A DNA stretch of 64,000 nt, taken from positions 30,442,001 through 30,506,000 of the forward strand of contig NC_043013.1 of the NCBI RefSeq assembly GCF_006345805.1, given 5' to 3'. Positions 27,465 to 41,139 of the stretch are shown here, piece after piece; position 1 is the first letter of the stretch; every line of letters starts with the position of its first letter. The translations under genes and the position numbers were made by a program. The DNA is from Octopus sinensis (lineage: Eukaryota). Under the pieces are notes generated by a model. That model was not told where the DNA came from, ran no database searches, and saw only the letters and a list, made by a program, of their open reading frames with translations.

Positions 27465-28004
27465 TCAAGTATTGAGGAATAATTGGACAAAAAATAAGGA
27501 GATTCCCAATGTAGGCTATGCAAATCAAAAGAGGAAAGTGTTACTCATATAGTAAGTGAATGTATGCAGGCACAGAAAGAATACAAAATTAGACGTGACA
27601 ACCTAGGGAGAGTAATCCATTGAGAGTTATGTAGAAAGCTAGGATTTGAGCATACTGACAAATGGAATGAACATGAACCTAGTAAAGCGCTAGCAAGTAA
27701 GAAATGTAACATGCTGTGGGACTTTGATATTTAGACTGATAGAGTAATAGAAGTTAGAAGGCCTGATTTATTATTTGTAGATAAAGAGTATAGAAAGTGC
27801 TAGATAATTGACTTTACAGTCCATAACGAAGATAATATCAATACGAGAGATGTAGCGAAGTACCAGAACGTAACTGTTGAATTACAGCGACTATGGAAAG
27901 TGTGGGTAAAATGTATCTCTGTCATTGTTGGTACATTTGTACAACTCCATAAAACAGTGGTGTTAGGGAAAGCAAGGATACTTAGGAGTGTTCTTGGCAT
28001 CTAA
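27465..28004 (+). mobile_element. R4/Dong-type CCHC + RLE fragment
   Basis: CRLCKSKEESVTHIVSEC, LWDFDI*TDRVIEVRRPD, IIDF, KY..., LGKARILRSVL; several stops. Confidence 0.92.
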
Positions 28005-28057
28005 GTTTTAGATATTAATTTTTTTCTTTTCTAACTGTCTGTTGTGTTGTGTATATA

Positions 28058-28097
28058 ATAATAACAATATAATAATAATAATAAAAGACTTATTATA

Positions 28098-28154
<57 letters not shown>

Positions 28155-28155
28155 G

Positions 28156-28200
<45 letters not shown>

Positions 28201-28335
28201 ATAGTAGTAGTAGAAGAAGAAGAAGAAGAAGAAGAGAAGAAGAAGAAGAAGCGGAAGAAGAAGAAGAAGAAGAAGAAGAAGAAGAAGAAGAAGAAGAAGC
28301 GGAAGAAGAAGAAAAAGAAAATGCTGATGATGATG
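28058..28335. repeat. (TAA)/(TTA)/(GTA)/(GAA) compound microsatellite
   Basis: Direct inspection. Confidence 0.95.
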
Positions 28336-31300
28336 GAAGTATGTGCACGCTCAACGAGCGTGCACGCAGTGTGTGTGTGGTGCGTGTGCATAGAACGAAC
28401 ATATCTCACAAACCTATTTGGTACATCAAATTATAAACTTGCCCATATAAAAGGGCATCTATGAAATGGAGACAATTTAATATTTCAACACTAGTTGAAT
28501 TTCATCAACACATTTTACTGTTATAAATTCATAAACAGACAGACAGACAGACACACACACACACACACATACACACACACACATACACACATACACACAC
28601 ACACACACACAAACATGCACACATATCGGGATTTCGTTTATTGGCAACTGTTTGCTTGTTTTATTCAGTGTTAAAGAACCAAAATTACTCTAACATTTTG
28701 TTACTTTATTCAACTTTATAAGTTAATAGTAATAAAATTTAATCGTATACACATATACACGCATATGCAAACACATACATATTCTTTCTCTTGTTGAAGA
28801 TATTGGACAGCAACCATGCTTTTGCCTCGCCTTGAAATTTAAAATCGAACCAATCAAATTCGCTACTAATATTTTCAGCATGACAATTTCTTTAGCAGTC
28901 TCTTTGCACGAACCGCTATAGTTCAGCGATATAAACAAACCAAATTTGGCTGTCTGGTAGTAGCGAGACATCTACAAAGAGCAAAAAACAAATACACACA
29001 GACACACATACAGGCACACGCACACACACAAACTCTCTCTCTCTCACACACACACACACAAACACACGTACTTTCTCTCTCTCTCTCTTTCATACACATA
29101 TTTACCGTTGGTTTACACGCCTTCTAAATTCACTAATAATGTTTTGATTTGTCCAAGGTCATAGTAAAGAATATTTGCCGAAGGTACTGCCCCGAGGGGA
29201 CGGTAACTAAAAACACTTCTCCGAAAAAAAATTATCTCCGAAATATGCCAGTCCATGATATCGTAATTTTTCTTCATACATATTTCGTTATTGAAGAACA
29301 AGCTTCAATTTTCTTTTTGTTTTTGCCTAACAATTACGTTTCATATGGATATATTCTTCGTCTTATGTATATATTATTCGTCTTATGAAACAACTGCTAA
29401 AAGAAAACAGCGAACATCCTTTGTCAAAAAGCCAAGTGATCAGAAGTGAGGATTTTTCAGTCTTAAAATTTGATGCAATGCGATTCTGAGAGATAATGTT
29501 TATAAATGGACAATACAAAAATAACAATATGGACGGCCTTTGTGCAAAGTATAAAAAATCCTTGTTTTAGTCAATGTTAAGTTAAAACATGTGACACGGA
29601 GGAGCGTATAGATATATTTTCAAAGAAATGTTTCTATCATATTGAAAAAGCAAAATAAACTTCCAAATATGAAAGGTATTTGTTTATCACAGTATGCGTA
29701 CTTTCGATATTTCCTTAGAGACACGAAAAGTAATGATGCTGGAGTAGTGAGAGAAAATGCGAGAGAGAGTGTATGAAAGAGCGATATTAAGTGTGTGCGT
29801 GTACATTCAAATGTGGGATGACGTCAGCTTCTACACTGGTATTGTTTTTAACAAAAATCTTCTTCAGTTCCCCCGAAGTACTGGAAAACAAATAGCCTAG
29901 CGATTATTCATTGGCCGGCGATGGCGAATGAGAAAACCTCCATGCTGACACTTTCTTTTATCGCCATATATTTTGATGTAAGTTTATACATATAATAAAT
30001 TTGGCCAATCCAAATGTCAACAATTTCGTCTCATACAATAAATAAACAGTATACTTACGTTTATCAGATGAATGGCGGTTCAGTACCAACACATTGGATA
30101 GGAGGTGAAATATTTGCGTGCTTAGTGTATGTTTGGATATATTTCAAATTATGTGTATAAAGAAGACAAGTAATAACAAATACGTAATTTTAGCTATAAC
30201 AAAATAAGTTACTCACTACCTCGTAGACTATCGATCATTGGAGATAGTCGTAACTGATTATTGTAAATGCTTGTTTGTGTGTAAATAAACGAAAAACATA
30301 GGAAACATTATTATTTGCTGTGCATTTATAAAGCTAACATGCCGAAGGAAGCCAGTCACTCGTACAAGTAACTGTGAGTGTATTGATCGGTATATGTAGG
30401 GAGACATATGAAGCATGTGCAAAATACAAATGTCAAAACTATTTTGAGTATAGGTCTACTTACGTCTGTGAGTCGGCATAGAAAAATGGAGGAGAGAGAA
30501 GAATTGTTAAACACCTGCTTGAGTCAATCCAGTGCTTTCAAGAGCTTTCGAATGAAAACAGCTTGAGATATGGAGGATAACGTTTTTATCTATAGCTAGA
30601 AAAAGGTACGATTAAAGAGTTGTTATACGTTTCTATATCTTTGTAATATTGTAATTGTGTCTGTGAATGCAAAGCACATCAACAAACGCACAGGAAAAGC
30701 TAGTAGCTAATAACAGGAAATAGGAAATACCAAATACGTTTGAGAAATAAATGGAATACATGCTTAACTAATTGGATGAGAAAAGTCAATATAAGAGAAG
30801 AGAAAGTAAGTGGATTATGGTAATTTGCATATGGTGAAGTTTAGCTGTGGGAAGGATCACTTAGCATGAGAAGCATGTGAAATTTCAAAGTTCCTGAGAG
30901 TGTATACTCTAGAAATTCTTAGCATAAATGCTTCATTAATTACAGCCAGTCAACGAATAAAAGCAGACGAAAGTGAAAATCTAAGGTTCTGAATGTTATT
31001 CAAGCTCTTTATCATTTATGATTTCTGAGAGTTTTACTGACATTTGTGCACAGTAAGATGTAGAAACGTGTCCTATTTATTGAATTTCTTGGTAAAATAG
31101 GGTTAGAATACTGAACATCAGTTAGACGACTTACTTGATGTTGAATGGAACGATGGCAGCTGATTGAAACTTAAAGATCTCGGGGTAGTGAGGGCTAGTA
31201 TCCGTTCCTAATCGATTGCCATGCACATTTTTGTTCGGTGAATGTGAGAGGACAATTTCATATTTTTCAAAGTCTTAGACTAAACCAACATTAAGTTACG

Positions 31301-32064
31301 CGTTGTAAGAGGGAATGGATTGCGTCTCAAACGTGGTTTCCTACCATTCTGTGCATATAGGAATCTACTATTGTAATGCTTGTCAGAGAACGTCAAAGGT
31401 CTTCTACACATTTATGTGATAATATGTTTAAGCTCGGTGATCGGCTGCTGGATAACGCTAGCTTCTTCACGCAGTCACAGGGTGGTAGTTGTTTGCATTC
31501 ATTTAATAAATGAAAATAGAATGAACTTGACGGCGAGAAAGAAATTTGGCATATATGTCTCAGTAGACTGGATTTAGTCAATTCGTAAGTAGCTAACAGC
31601 GTTTTGCACTAGCAGTAATCGATAGTCATTATAATTACAATTAACAGATGAGTACTGTTTCAACAACGCCAAATTGAATTTCATGTATTTAATAAGTGTG
31701 TGGATAAACCTAACTGTGTATGGGTTACAGATAAAAGGAAACAAATATAGCTGACTATCAATGGCAAAATACACTCACTATGTATATATGTATACCACAC
31801 TGTGTATATATAAAGTTTAGGATAGAAAAATAAGTTAAACATCACTACACACATATCCAACTCCTTATTATTACCATTCCAGCATTTCTTTCCATCATCT
31901 TCTAACCCTTTCCACTAAATACACACAGAAATTCCCACTCACTTCAATCAACCATCACCATTGGTTAAAACTGGTAAACAACCCTCAATTAAGCATCAAT
32001 TGATGTTATTTCGTCCGAAGAAATGAATGCATGAACATGATCTACCCGATGAACATGGACTGGA

Positions 32065-32195
32065 GTATAATCAGTTTTATTTCAAGATTTCCTGCCAATA
32101 GAGAAAGAGTCGGTTTCTAACCTAGTTCCAAGGCACCTTTATTGGAATTTCTACATCGACAACAGGGTATTGTTTTTTGTATGTATGTATGTATG

Positions 32196-32226
<31 letters not shown>

Positions 32227-32880
32227 TGTATGTATGTATGTATGTATGTATGTATGTATGTATGTATGTATGTATGTATTAATGTATGTATGTATGTATG
32301 TATGTATGTATATATGTATGTATATATGTATGTGTGTGCAGGTTTGTATATTTTATGTGCGTCTTCTCATGCATATATTTGCATATCTAGAATTATCATA
32401 TATACTTAAATAATAAACTTCTGGAAAGTTTTACAGAGTTTTACAGTTCCAATGATGGACTGGATCATTAGTCATTGAATCAACTTTCTCAGTTCTGGTT
32501 TTGGGAAGCCCCAATTTTTCAAAATTTGCATTGAATCAGTGTGTTACGTATCCCAGGACCCCAATAGTTACAGGTATAAACCTGAACTTATAACCTGGAT
32601 AGAGTAACTGCAGATATTTAAATAAGTCAGCGTAGGTATTCTCTTTTTCATTGATCTTCGGCTTCATGTTAACATCCACTGGACAGCTAATTTCCACAAC
32701 TGTACGCACTTCCTCTTTCCTATCCCATACCATTATACCATTGTTCACATTTTATTTAGGCTTTCACTGGGACATTCCACCGGGACTTCCTTTTGTTATG
32801 AGTAGCTATGGCTTGTACCATATTGTGGGTTCTTACTTCTTTGTCCTCGTGATCATCCTTTCGACATATTTAATCATATA
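32065..32880 (-). mobile_element. RLE-type non-LTR retrotransposon 3' end (distinct family) with (CATA)n in the probable 3' UTR
   Basis: WNVPVK, IMVWD..VVEISCP.D...EKENTY..., FIPVTIGVLG, QSIIGTVKLCKTF. Confidence 0.8.
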
Positions 32881-34261
32881 GTTTCGTATATGCATGCATG
32901 TATTCATGTATGTATATATATTTGTATGTATATATGCTTATGTTTATATTCATATGCATTTATGTGTGTGAATGTATATAGAATTGTACGTATATGTATG
33001 TTCGTTATGTATATACTGTATACCTCTAAACGAGGGCAACAGTGACCACCCATATTATTTTCTGATGACTTCTGGTAGTATTTCTGACTGCTTCCTTCCT
33101 TGAATGTTCTAGCAATGTGATAAACATCATATCACCCAAGGAGAGTGAAACTAAAATAAATAGATAGATAGACACAAAGATAGATAGATAGAGTGAGAGA
33201 TAGAGAAAGAGAGAATGGGTAAGAGAACATTTTAATTCTCTTAATAAAGTGATCTATTAATCAACTCAATCTCGCCCTATTATTTGCAATATAAATGTTT
33301 CATTAAACACTGTTGTTAATTATTTATGACATCGTAAGTATTTCTGACCCACAAATATTTTTAATCTATATTGAAAGTATCTGCAACAAATTATGTACAG
33401 ACGAATCTAATGTTCACACAACTCACCCGATATAGAAACAAAATTAAATATAATATCTCAGCAACATTTAACTTTCCATTAATTACATGAATTTTATCTT
33501 AATGAACAAAAGGTAATTGAAAACTATAAAGTGGTGATGTTTGTCTTTAATTAAAATATACTCTACATCGGCGTATAGACTTCCCGTAATTAATTGATTT
33601 ACAAATTAATGCATTTAGTAGATACAAGCATATTGACAAATCGTTTAACTGTCTTACGAATGTGGTGGATATATCACGTATATAAACTAATTAACAAATT
33701 ACATATTTCCACTGGGGAATTTGAGTTAAACAGATTTTGGCTCCGTTAATTGTTTACACAGTAGTCAATTCTGATTGAACAGACTTACGGTCAAATTTGT
33801 CAGATGTAAGCCACCCTGACTTTTTTTTTGTCTGCTTAATAACATACATCTTTTTTGTTTTTTATTTGTTTTATGGGGGAAGTATCAAAGCTTCTTATAG
33901 TAGATTACATATAGAAAACAAGTGATGCAGTGATAAAAAGTAGCCTCAAGGTCCAGATTTGATATTGCTGTATGATATTTTAGACAAGGCATAGTATTGA
34001 GTAGATCATTGTGGGAGAAGGTATTTGAATGCTGTACTTTGGATCAGGTTCATGACATAGGGTGTCATGTTAAACCTGAGTGAAACTTAGGTTAAGTGTA
34101 CAAGCCTATCGATTATTCATGCGCATAAGCCAATAAGGAGGCAAGTTAAGTGACATCTCACTTAAACGTAGGAGTCTCTTTATTCTAATCATTCGTACGT
34201 CTCTAGAGATAAATAGAAAATACAAGAAAAGAAAATCATAATGCTGACACTAATTTATATA

Positions 34262-34578
34262 GGCGCAGGAGTGGCTGTGTGGTAAGGAGACTGCTTACAA
34301 ACCACATGGTTCCAGGTTTAGTCCCACTGCGTGGCACCTTGGGCAAGTGTCTTTTGCTATAGCCTCGGGTCGACCAAAGCCTTGTGAGTGGATTTGGTAG
34401 ACGGAACCTGAAAGAAGTCCGTCGCATATATGTATATATATATGTATTCTATCGCCAAAAGAACCGATAGAATAAGTACTAGACTTACAAAGAATAGGTC
34501 CTGGGGTCGATTTGCGTGACTAAAGGCGGGGCTTCCGCATGGCCACAATCAAATGACTGAAACAAGTGAAAGAGTAAA
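34262..34578 (+). mobile_element. SINE family B, internally deleted
   Basis: Homologous to 19139-19584; lacks the central segment. Confidence 0.92.
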
Positions 34579-34819
34579 GTGTTTACATACATACATGCCT
34601 CATTTCATATGCACATTATCAAGGTAGTGGCAAAGTGCAGACAACTGGCAGGATGGATGTTAGTCCTTCAAGACTAACAAGAATTGTTTTCTGGACTACT
34701 GCTCTCAGCTAGGGTCACCACATAGTGCCAAACTAAAAGCGGAAAATGAAATGATTTTTAAAAAAATATTTTCATAGTTCTCAAATATGTGGGACATTTT
34801 TCTTTGTTCTGCCTCTCTC

Positions 34820-34867
<48 letters not shown>

Positions 34868-35149
34868 TCTCTTTCTCTCTCTCTCTAGGTTGGTAGGTAG
34901 GTAGGTAGCAGCAGATCTGTAGAAATATGTAATATGAAGGATGTGGGTTCTGGGGTTTCATTGTTTAACCAGCAGTAGCCGAGGAATGAGACGGCAAAGA
35001 AGAAGAAGAAGAAGAAGAAGAAGAAGAGGAGGGAAAAACGCGCGTGGTATGACAGTAGTAGGCTGTTCCTAGAATCTTCTTAAATGGTCAAGTCACCTAA
35101 AAGTATACACACACACACACACACACATATACATATATATAAATATATA

Positions 35150-35198
<49 letters not shown>

Positions 35199-35799
35199 TA
35201 AATATATATATATATATACACATACATATGTATATACATACATGCATATCTATGCGTGTATGTAGGATGTATGCACGTGGGAGATATAAATGTATGAGAG
35301 TTATTCCAGACAAAACGATCTAGGTAGTTACGAGTATCTATGATTGCAAAATATACAAAATTCTCGATATTCAGTCTTTGTGGAAGATCACATTTGGATT
35401 AATCAAATTCATTATTTGATATTTTCTTCTATGAAAAGATATGAAATGACTGATAAAACTAGCCAAGACAGGATTTGAACTCAAGCGTAAGGCTGTGAAA
35501 CATGATGTTCACATGAAATTATCTAAAGACAACATTTTATAGCAATCTAAAAATAACAGTTAAATCTCTCACAACCGAATATCTGTAATATAGAAAACAT
35601 TGTATGTGTGTGGCTGTCCAAGGTAATATCGTCTTGGAAACACTATAAGGTAAAGAAATATAAGATAATAATAACGGATTGGATACCGTTGATTATATTT
35701 TTGTTGAAAAGAGTTGAGATGGAATGAAAAAAAAAATTAACGAATAACAATAACCGAAACGTAAGAAAGACGTCTTACATTGACATAATGCTAAAATAG

Positions 35800-35885
35800 T
35801 CATTGAGTATATTTGATTAAATCAATCTCAGTGCCTGACTGATTCTAATTTTATCGACTATGAAAGAATGAAATCAATGCCATAC
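35800..35885 (-). mobile_element. Decayed SINE family A core
   Basis: TTTTATCGAC..GAAAGAATGAAA matches the reverse complement of the central domain. Confidence 0.5.
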
Positions 35886-36514
35886 TTGACATGAAAGAAA
35901 TAACAAAGGATCGTAACTCAATATTACAGGGCATTTTATTCTCTTTGTCCATCATACTATTTAATCTAACACACTGCTTTTATTTTCCTCTGGTGAGTAC
36001 GTAGTACAAACGAATGAACATTCTCTTCGTTGATTCTGTGTGTCACAAAGGAGCAGAAAAATGATCAGCGGCTTTACTTTCTTCTAATATTGCAATCAAT
36101 TATTGATGGTAGTATCTAAGAATATTAAAAAGAAGCAGAAAATATGATATGGAATCCTGATATTCAATAATATATAATCAAACATCTATAAAGCATATAA
36201 TGTCCACGCCGTATTAAATTCTTAACATATGTGTCCTTTGCAGAAACTATGGTAATTTCGTATAGCGTATTATTACGAGAAAGTTATAAAAACAAATGCA
36301 GAGGACAAAAAATTATTAAAGAAATCATGGACATTTTCATTGGACAATTGACAAAACTATAGCGTTGAAACCAGGATAGGGTTGCAATGGCTGAGCATGT
36401 TATTTGGTTCATTTATGGGTAGCAAATGCTACAATGATGTCATAAGGTACATGTATTTCTGAATTTAATAGGATTTCCTTTTATCATATACACGTTTAGA
36501 TATGCCATGCATAT

Positions 36515-36570
36515 TAGTGAACTCATGATTTTAAGATTGTGGTTTCGACTCCCTGACCGGACGATGGGTT
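36515..36570 (+). mobile_element. SINE family D head fragment
   Basis: CATGATTTTAAGATTGTGGTTTCGACTCCCTGACCGG, cf. 63905-63945. Confidence 0.65.
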
Positions 36571-38284
36571 AGGTTCGTGTGTAAAACAGTTCATTCCACA
36601 TTGCTGCTGATTATTCAGTGTAATCATGCAATGGATAGGCGTCGTGTGCTGGGGGGGGGGGTGATGGAATGCATACACCAAAGTATCCGAGAAGGTTCGA
36701 TGCATATTCTTATATGCATAACCACACAAACACGCACACATACATATGCTTATGAATATTTTTACATATATGTGCATGTATATATGTGTATGTGCGTGGA
36801 TATTGCATTTGTGAGAGAATATGTGTGAGCGTTGTTATAACATAAACAAAAGCATAAAGGAGAAGATGATATGCTCATATCAATTTCTCATTCGATAGAT
36901 ATACAGGAATAATCCTCAAGACCTCAATGGATATATTGTCACTTAGTACAGAATGGTTAAGGTGTTTTGTTTTCATAAATATTTTGGGGGAAATTATATA
37001 AATGTGGGTGTAGGGATTTCATCTCAATATATGTTAAACATTATCAACAGGAAATATATGGAAACTTGTGAAAATGTTATAATACTTACAATATTTAAGT
37101 CGTTCTGGTTAATAGTGGCAATAAAATCTAGATATTTCTTGAGGAAGCACAGCAGTGGCCACAAGACTTCCAGTCGCAGACAACGCATTACGACTTGATA
37201 TGAGTAATGCATATAATTCTATAGTCTACACTGAGATATTCACGTTTCTTAAAGAAGGTTAATTTGCGATTTAATTCAAGTTCGTTGCGCTTTATATGTT
37301 CATATGATGAAGTAAATGTTTTTCGGTTAGCTGATACAACTATGAGGTAATGCTGCTGATTAGGTGACATTTAGATAGAAATAGTTAGAGTTGCTTAAGT
37401 ATTTCAAGTGTGTCATAGCTTTGGAAATTTTGAAGTATGCGCCAAATTAATGTATGGTCAATCTTCTTTCTAAAACATCCTACATTTTATATACGTAAAT
37501 ACAGGAATGCATATAGAAAGGTATTGTTCCCCCGAATGTGTATAACACTAAAGTCCAGCTTCTTTAATCAGAGTAGAATTTATCCGCAAGAAAAGGTTGG
37601 CGACAAGAAATGTGCAGTTGGAGCGTATAATAGAAAGTTAAACAAACAGGAAGATATGGCACATCATGTATAGCGTTTCCATAAGATGTTATATTAACAT
37701 AAATATTAGTCTGTCTATCGAAACAAAAATATTCTTAGATAGTTCTGAGCAGTTATTTCAAATCGTTGCGACTGTCTTATCCAAACCACAATGTGTATTA
37801 CGAAAATGGGCGTGCATAGGGACACAGTAATGCACATCTAACAAGTAAAATATGAGGAAAACAAACTTCGAAGCTAAATATATCAGTCCTTTTGCAGAAA
37901 CATATACAGCGATTTCTTGGTTGTATATTCACAACAGTTTCTACTTGGATGCATGTTATTGAATCAGTATGCACATACCGTTTGAGTAATATGTATTATT
38001 GCATCAGGTAGTTGATATATCTATGAATTAACCGTAGAGAACAATTTAGGGGCGTTTGGTCTTCCGTAGTTATATTTTATTTGCGGTGGTTATTGTTTAT
38101 ATAACATTATCTGTAGCCGATATAAATAATATAATGCTACATGCTAGTGTTTATTCATCGTTTATCTGTATGTCTGTCATTTCAAAGAATATGGCAATGC
38201 ATACTTCAAGCAGATGTTATTTTCAGCGGATGGCAAACCGATATATACATATATTCTGTAACAAGACCATTTCCATTGTCTATA

Positions 38285-38347
<63 letters not shown>

Positions 38348-38517
38348 ATATATATATATGATATATATATATGCGTATATATTGGCGAAAAATGCGAGTG
38401 AAGATGCATACGCTTTCATAGTGACGTATAAGTACGCACGTGGGTTCGCGAGCAGAATTATAATACAATAATTTCCCTTTATATAACGGTATTTTTCATA
38501 GCGTTTTTCAGATAGCC

Positions 38518-38580
38518 AGATAACCTAAGAGATGGTGTTGTGTATTTCCACTTCGGCATCTGAAACTCAGAGTTTTATCT
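38518..38580 (+). ncRNA. Degenerate hammerhead-like motif (family H4)
   Basis: AGAUAA-CCUAAGA-GAUG...CAUC-U-GAAA-CUCAGAG-UU-UUAUCU; 6-bp stem I. Confidence 0.55.
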
Positions 38581-38600
38581 TGACTATTGAGTAATGTAAC

Positions 38601-38646
<46 letters not shown>

Positions 38647-38685
38647 TAACAATATAGGGTGAAATGAATTAATTTGGAATAATTC

Positions 38686-38765
<80 letters not shown>

Positions 38766-39628
38766 ATATATATATATATTATATATATATATATATATAT
38801 TATATATAATATATATATTATATATATATATAAAACACATCCAAAATTGAGTAAAACTATATTCTTTATTTAACCTTGTGATATATCTATACACTCACAG
38901 GACATTGGTGGAATGTCACCCACCGAAGTGTAAGGTACGCTTCCTCGAGTGATTGTTTAAATGACTTCTTCGTTAACTCATACTGCCAGTCCATTCCATG
39001 TGACATTCAATACTTAAATAAGAGTGCTGTGTTCAGCGACTGGTATATGTATTTCGTAACAAAACCGTTTCCTCTGTATAAGGATATCATAGGATGATGC
39101 ATGTCTGTGTGTGCGTGAGTGTGTGTGTGTGCGTGAGTGTATGTGTGATTATAAAAAAGCCAAAGATCCCATTCGGTCATCAATGACCATAGGATTGCGC
39201 CTAGAAAGTTCCTCTTCGAGGCAGAAGTCCAAGCAAGGTTGTTTATGGAACACAAGAAGTCGCCCATGCATACCAGAATCCCCTCTTTGCGCCAACAATT
39301 TTGTGCAATGGGAAGTTACAGGCCAATACAGCTTGGCACCAATTCTATCAATGGCCAGCATATTAAAAGTACCTTTAAAGGTATAAATTGTTTATATATA
39401 TATATGAAGAAGGAAAATGAAGACAAGTTATATGTTACAATATGCACATTACAATATATATATATATATTATATATATATATATATTAGAAATATTACAT
39501 TTCCAAATCTCTCAGAGAGAATTATACAGTAGCAGCACGTAAAGTGCTGGTTTGTTGCCAACAAGCGTTCTGCATCCTTAAGTTTTCAAACGGGGTGATA
39601 AGCAATTCTACCCAGAAAAGCCATCACC

Positions 39629-39667
39629 CAAAGACTAGTTTCAATGTCATTATTCTTCATCAGTCTG
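39629..39667 (-). ncRNA. Hammerhead ribozyme, stem II decayed
   Basis: CAGA-CUGAUGA-AGAAUAAUGACAUU-GAAA-CUAG-UC-UUUG. Confidence 0.7.
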
Positions 39668-39740
39668 AAGCACCTTGGCTTGGTAGCTGTCGATGCTTAT
39701 TCACCTTTGAAAACTAATAGAATTTCAAGCCAAGCTACCC

Positions 39741-39779
39741 CAGACTGATGAAGAGCAATGGCTCTGAAACTAGTCTCTG
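39741..39779 (+). ncRNA. Minimal type-I hammerhead ribozyme, intact
   Basis: CAGA-CUGAUGA-AGAGC aaug GCUCU-GAAA-CUAG-UC-UCUG; perfect core, stems I and II, palindromic loop III. Confidence 0.88.
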
Positions 39780-39952
39780 AGTGCTGGATATGATGTGTGG
39801 AGGTGTTTATCTCTCCTATTTGAAAACGGAAGGACACAGAACGCGTCTGTCACATAGCACACAGCCAACTGGAGCGATGTTTCCTGGGATAAACAGCAGT
39901 AGCATTCTTTCCTTTCCTGGGACTGCCACATTACGTTGGCAACAAACCATCA

Positions 39953-39985
<33 letters not shown>

Positions 39986-39994
39986 ATATATATA

Positions 39995-40043
<49 letters not shown>

Positions 40044-40060
40044 TTTATATATTACAATAT

Positions 40061-40306
40061 TATGATAGTCGACCTGTTTCAATTTTCGCTCACCATGGGT
40101 TGAAATTGGTAAAGATATAGCAATTTCGTATTGTCTAGGAATTTTTTAGCCCATGTTGTTTGTATGAGAATATATTTGCAAATTCCATTACAGGCTCTCA
40201 TACAAGGAACATAGACTAAAATACTCTTTAAAAAATATGAAATTGCAATATTTTTACTAATTTCAATTTCATCATTACAGAAATGCGAAACCAGTTGATT
40301 AGCATA
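40061..40306. mobile_element. Foldback/MITE-like element
   Basis: TTGAAATTGGTAAAGATATAGCAATTTCGTATT vs AATATGAAATTGCAATATTTTTACTAATTTCAA; TTGTATGAGA vs TCTCATACAA. Confidence 0.8.
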
Positions 40307-40440
40307 AAATTTTAAACTTTAAAGTATATGAAAAATATATTTTGTGCATTTTCCTTCTCACATTATATATTTTTTTCACGACAACTCAGCATGTGGAGAA
40401 AAATCACTTGGATAAAATTATTTTTGTACTATATATACAT

Positions 40441-40598
40441 ATGGATTTGATGTGTGGAGGTGTTTATCTCTCCTGTTTGAAAACGGAAGGACACAGAACG
40501 CTTCTGTCACATAGCACATAGCCAACTGGAAGCGATGTTTCCTGGGATAAACAGCAGTAGCATTCTTTCTTTTCCTGGGACTGCCACATTACGTTGGC
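40441..40598 (+). repeat. Direct copy of 39785-39939 (family H3 body without ribozyme)
   Basis: Near-identical sequence. Confidence 0.92.
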
Positions 40599-41003
40599 GC
40601 AGGAGTGGCTGTGTGGTAAGTAGCTTGCTAACCAACCACATGGTTGCAAGTTCAGTCCCACTGCGTGGCATCTTGGGCAAGTGTCTTCTGCTAAAGCCCC
40701 GGGCCGACCAATGCCTTGTGAGTGGATTTGGTAGACGGAAACTGAAAGAAGCCTGTCGTATATATGTATAGATATATATGTGTGTGTGTGTGTTTTTGTG
40801 TGTCTGTGTTTGTCCCCCTAGCATTGCTTGACAACCGATGCTGGTGTGTCTATGTCCTCGCCACTTAGCGGTTCGGCAAAAGAGACCGATAGAATAAGTA
40901 CTGGGCTTACAAAGAATAAGTTCCGGGGTCGATTTGATCGACTAAAGGCGGTGTTCCAGCATGGCCGCAGTCAAATGACTGAAACAAGTAAAAGAGTAAA
41001 AGA
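40596..41003 (+). mobile_element. SINE family B, full length
   Basis: Homologous to 19139-19584. Confidence 0.93.
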
Positions 41004-41084
41004 GAGATATGTAAAGATGCTCCAAATACATATACATACGCACACAAATCTATATCTATCTATCTATCTATATATATATATCTA

Positions 41085-41139
<55 letters not shown>

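Larger units (their letters stand above)
39548..39949. mobile_element. Inverted pair of hammerhead-bearing repeats (family H3)
   Basis: Arms share GTTGGCAACAAACCA, TTTGAAAAC, CAGAACGC and the ribozyme. Confidence 0.85.

Noticed and set aside
30400-31400. Possible old LINE RT remnant
   Set aside because: No motif clear enough to support a call
39150-39320. Repeat-like GC-richer segment, possible RTE-related end or HDV-like ribozyme
   Set aside because: Single copy in the window; I could not draw the nested pseudoknot
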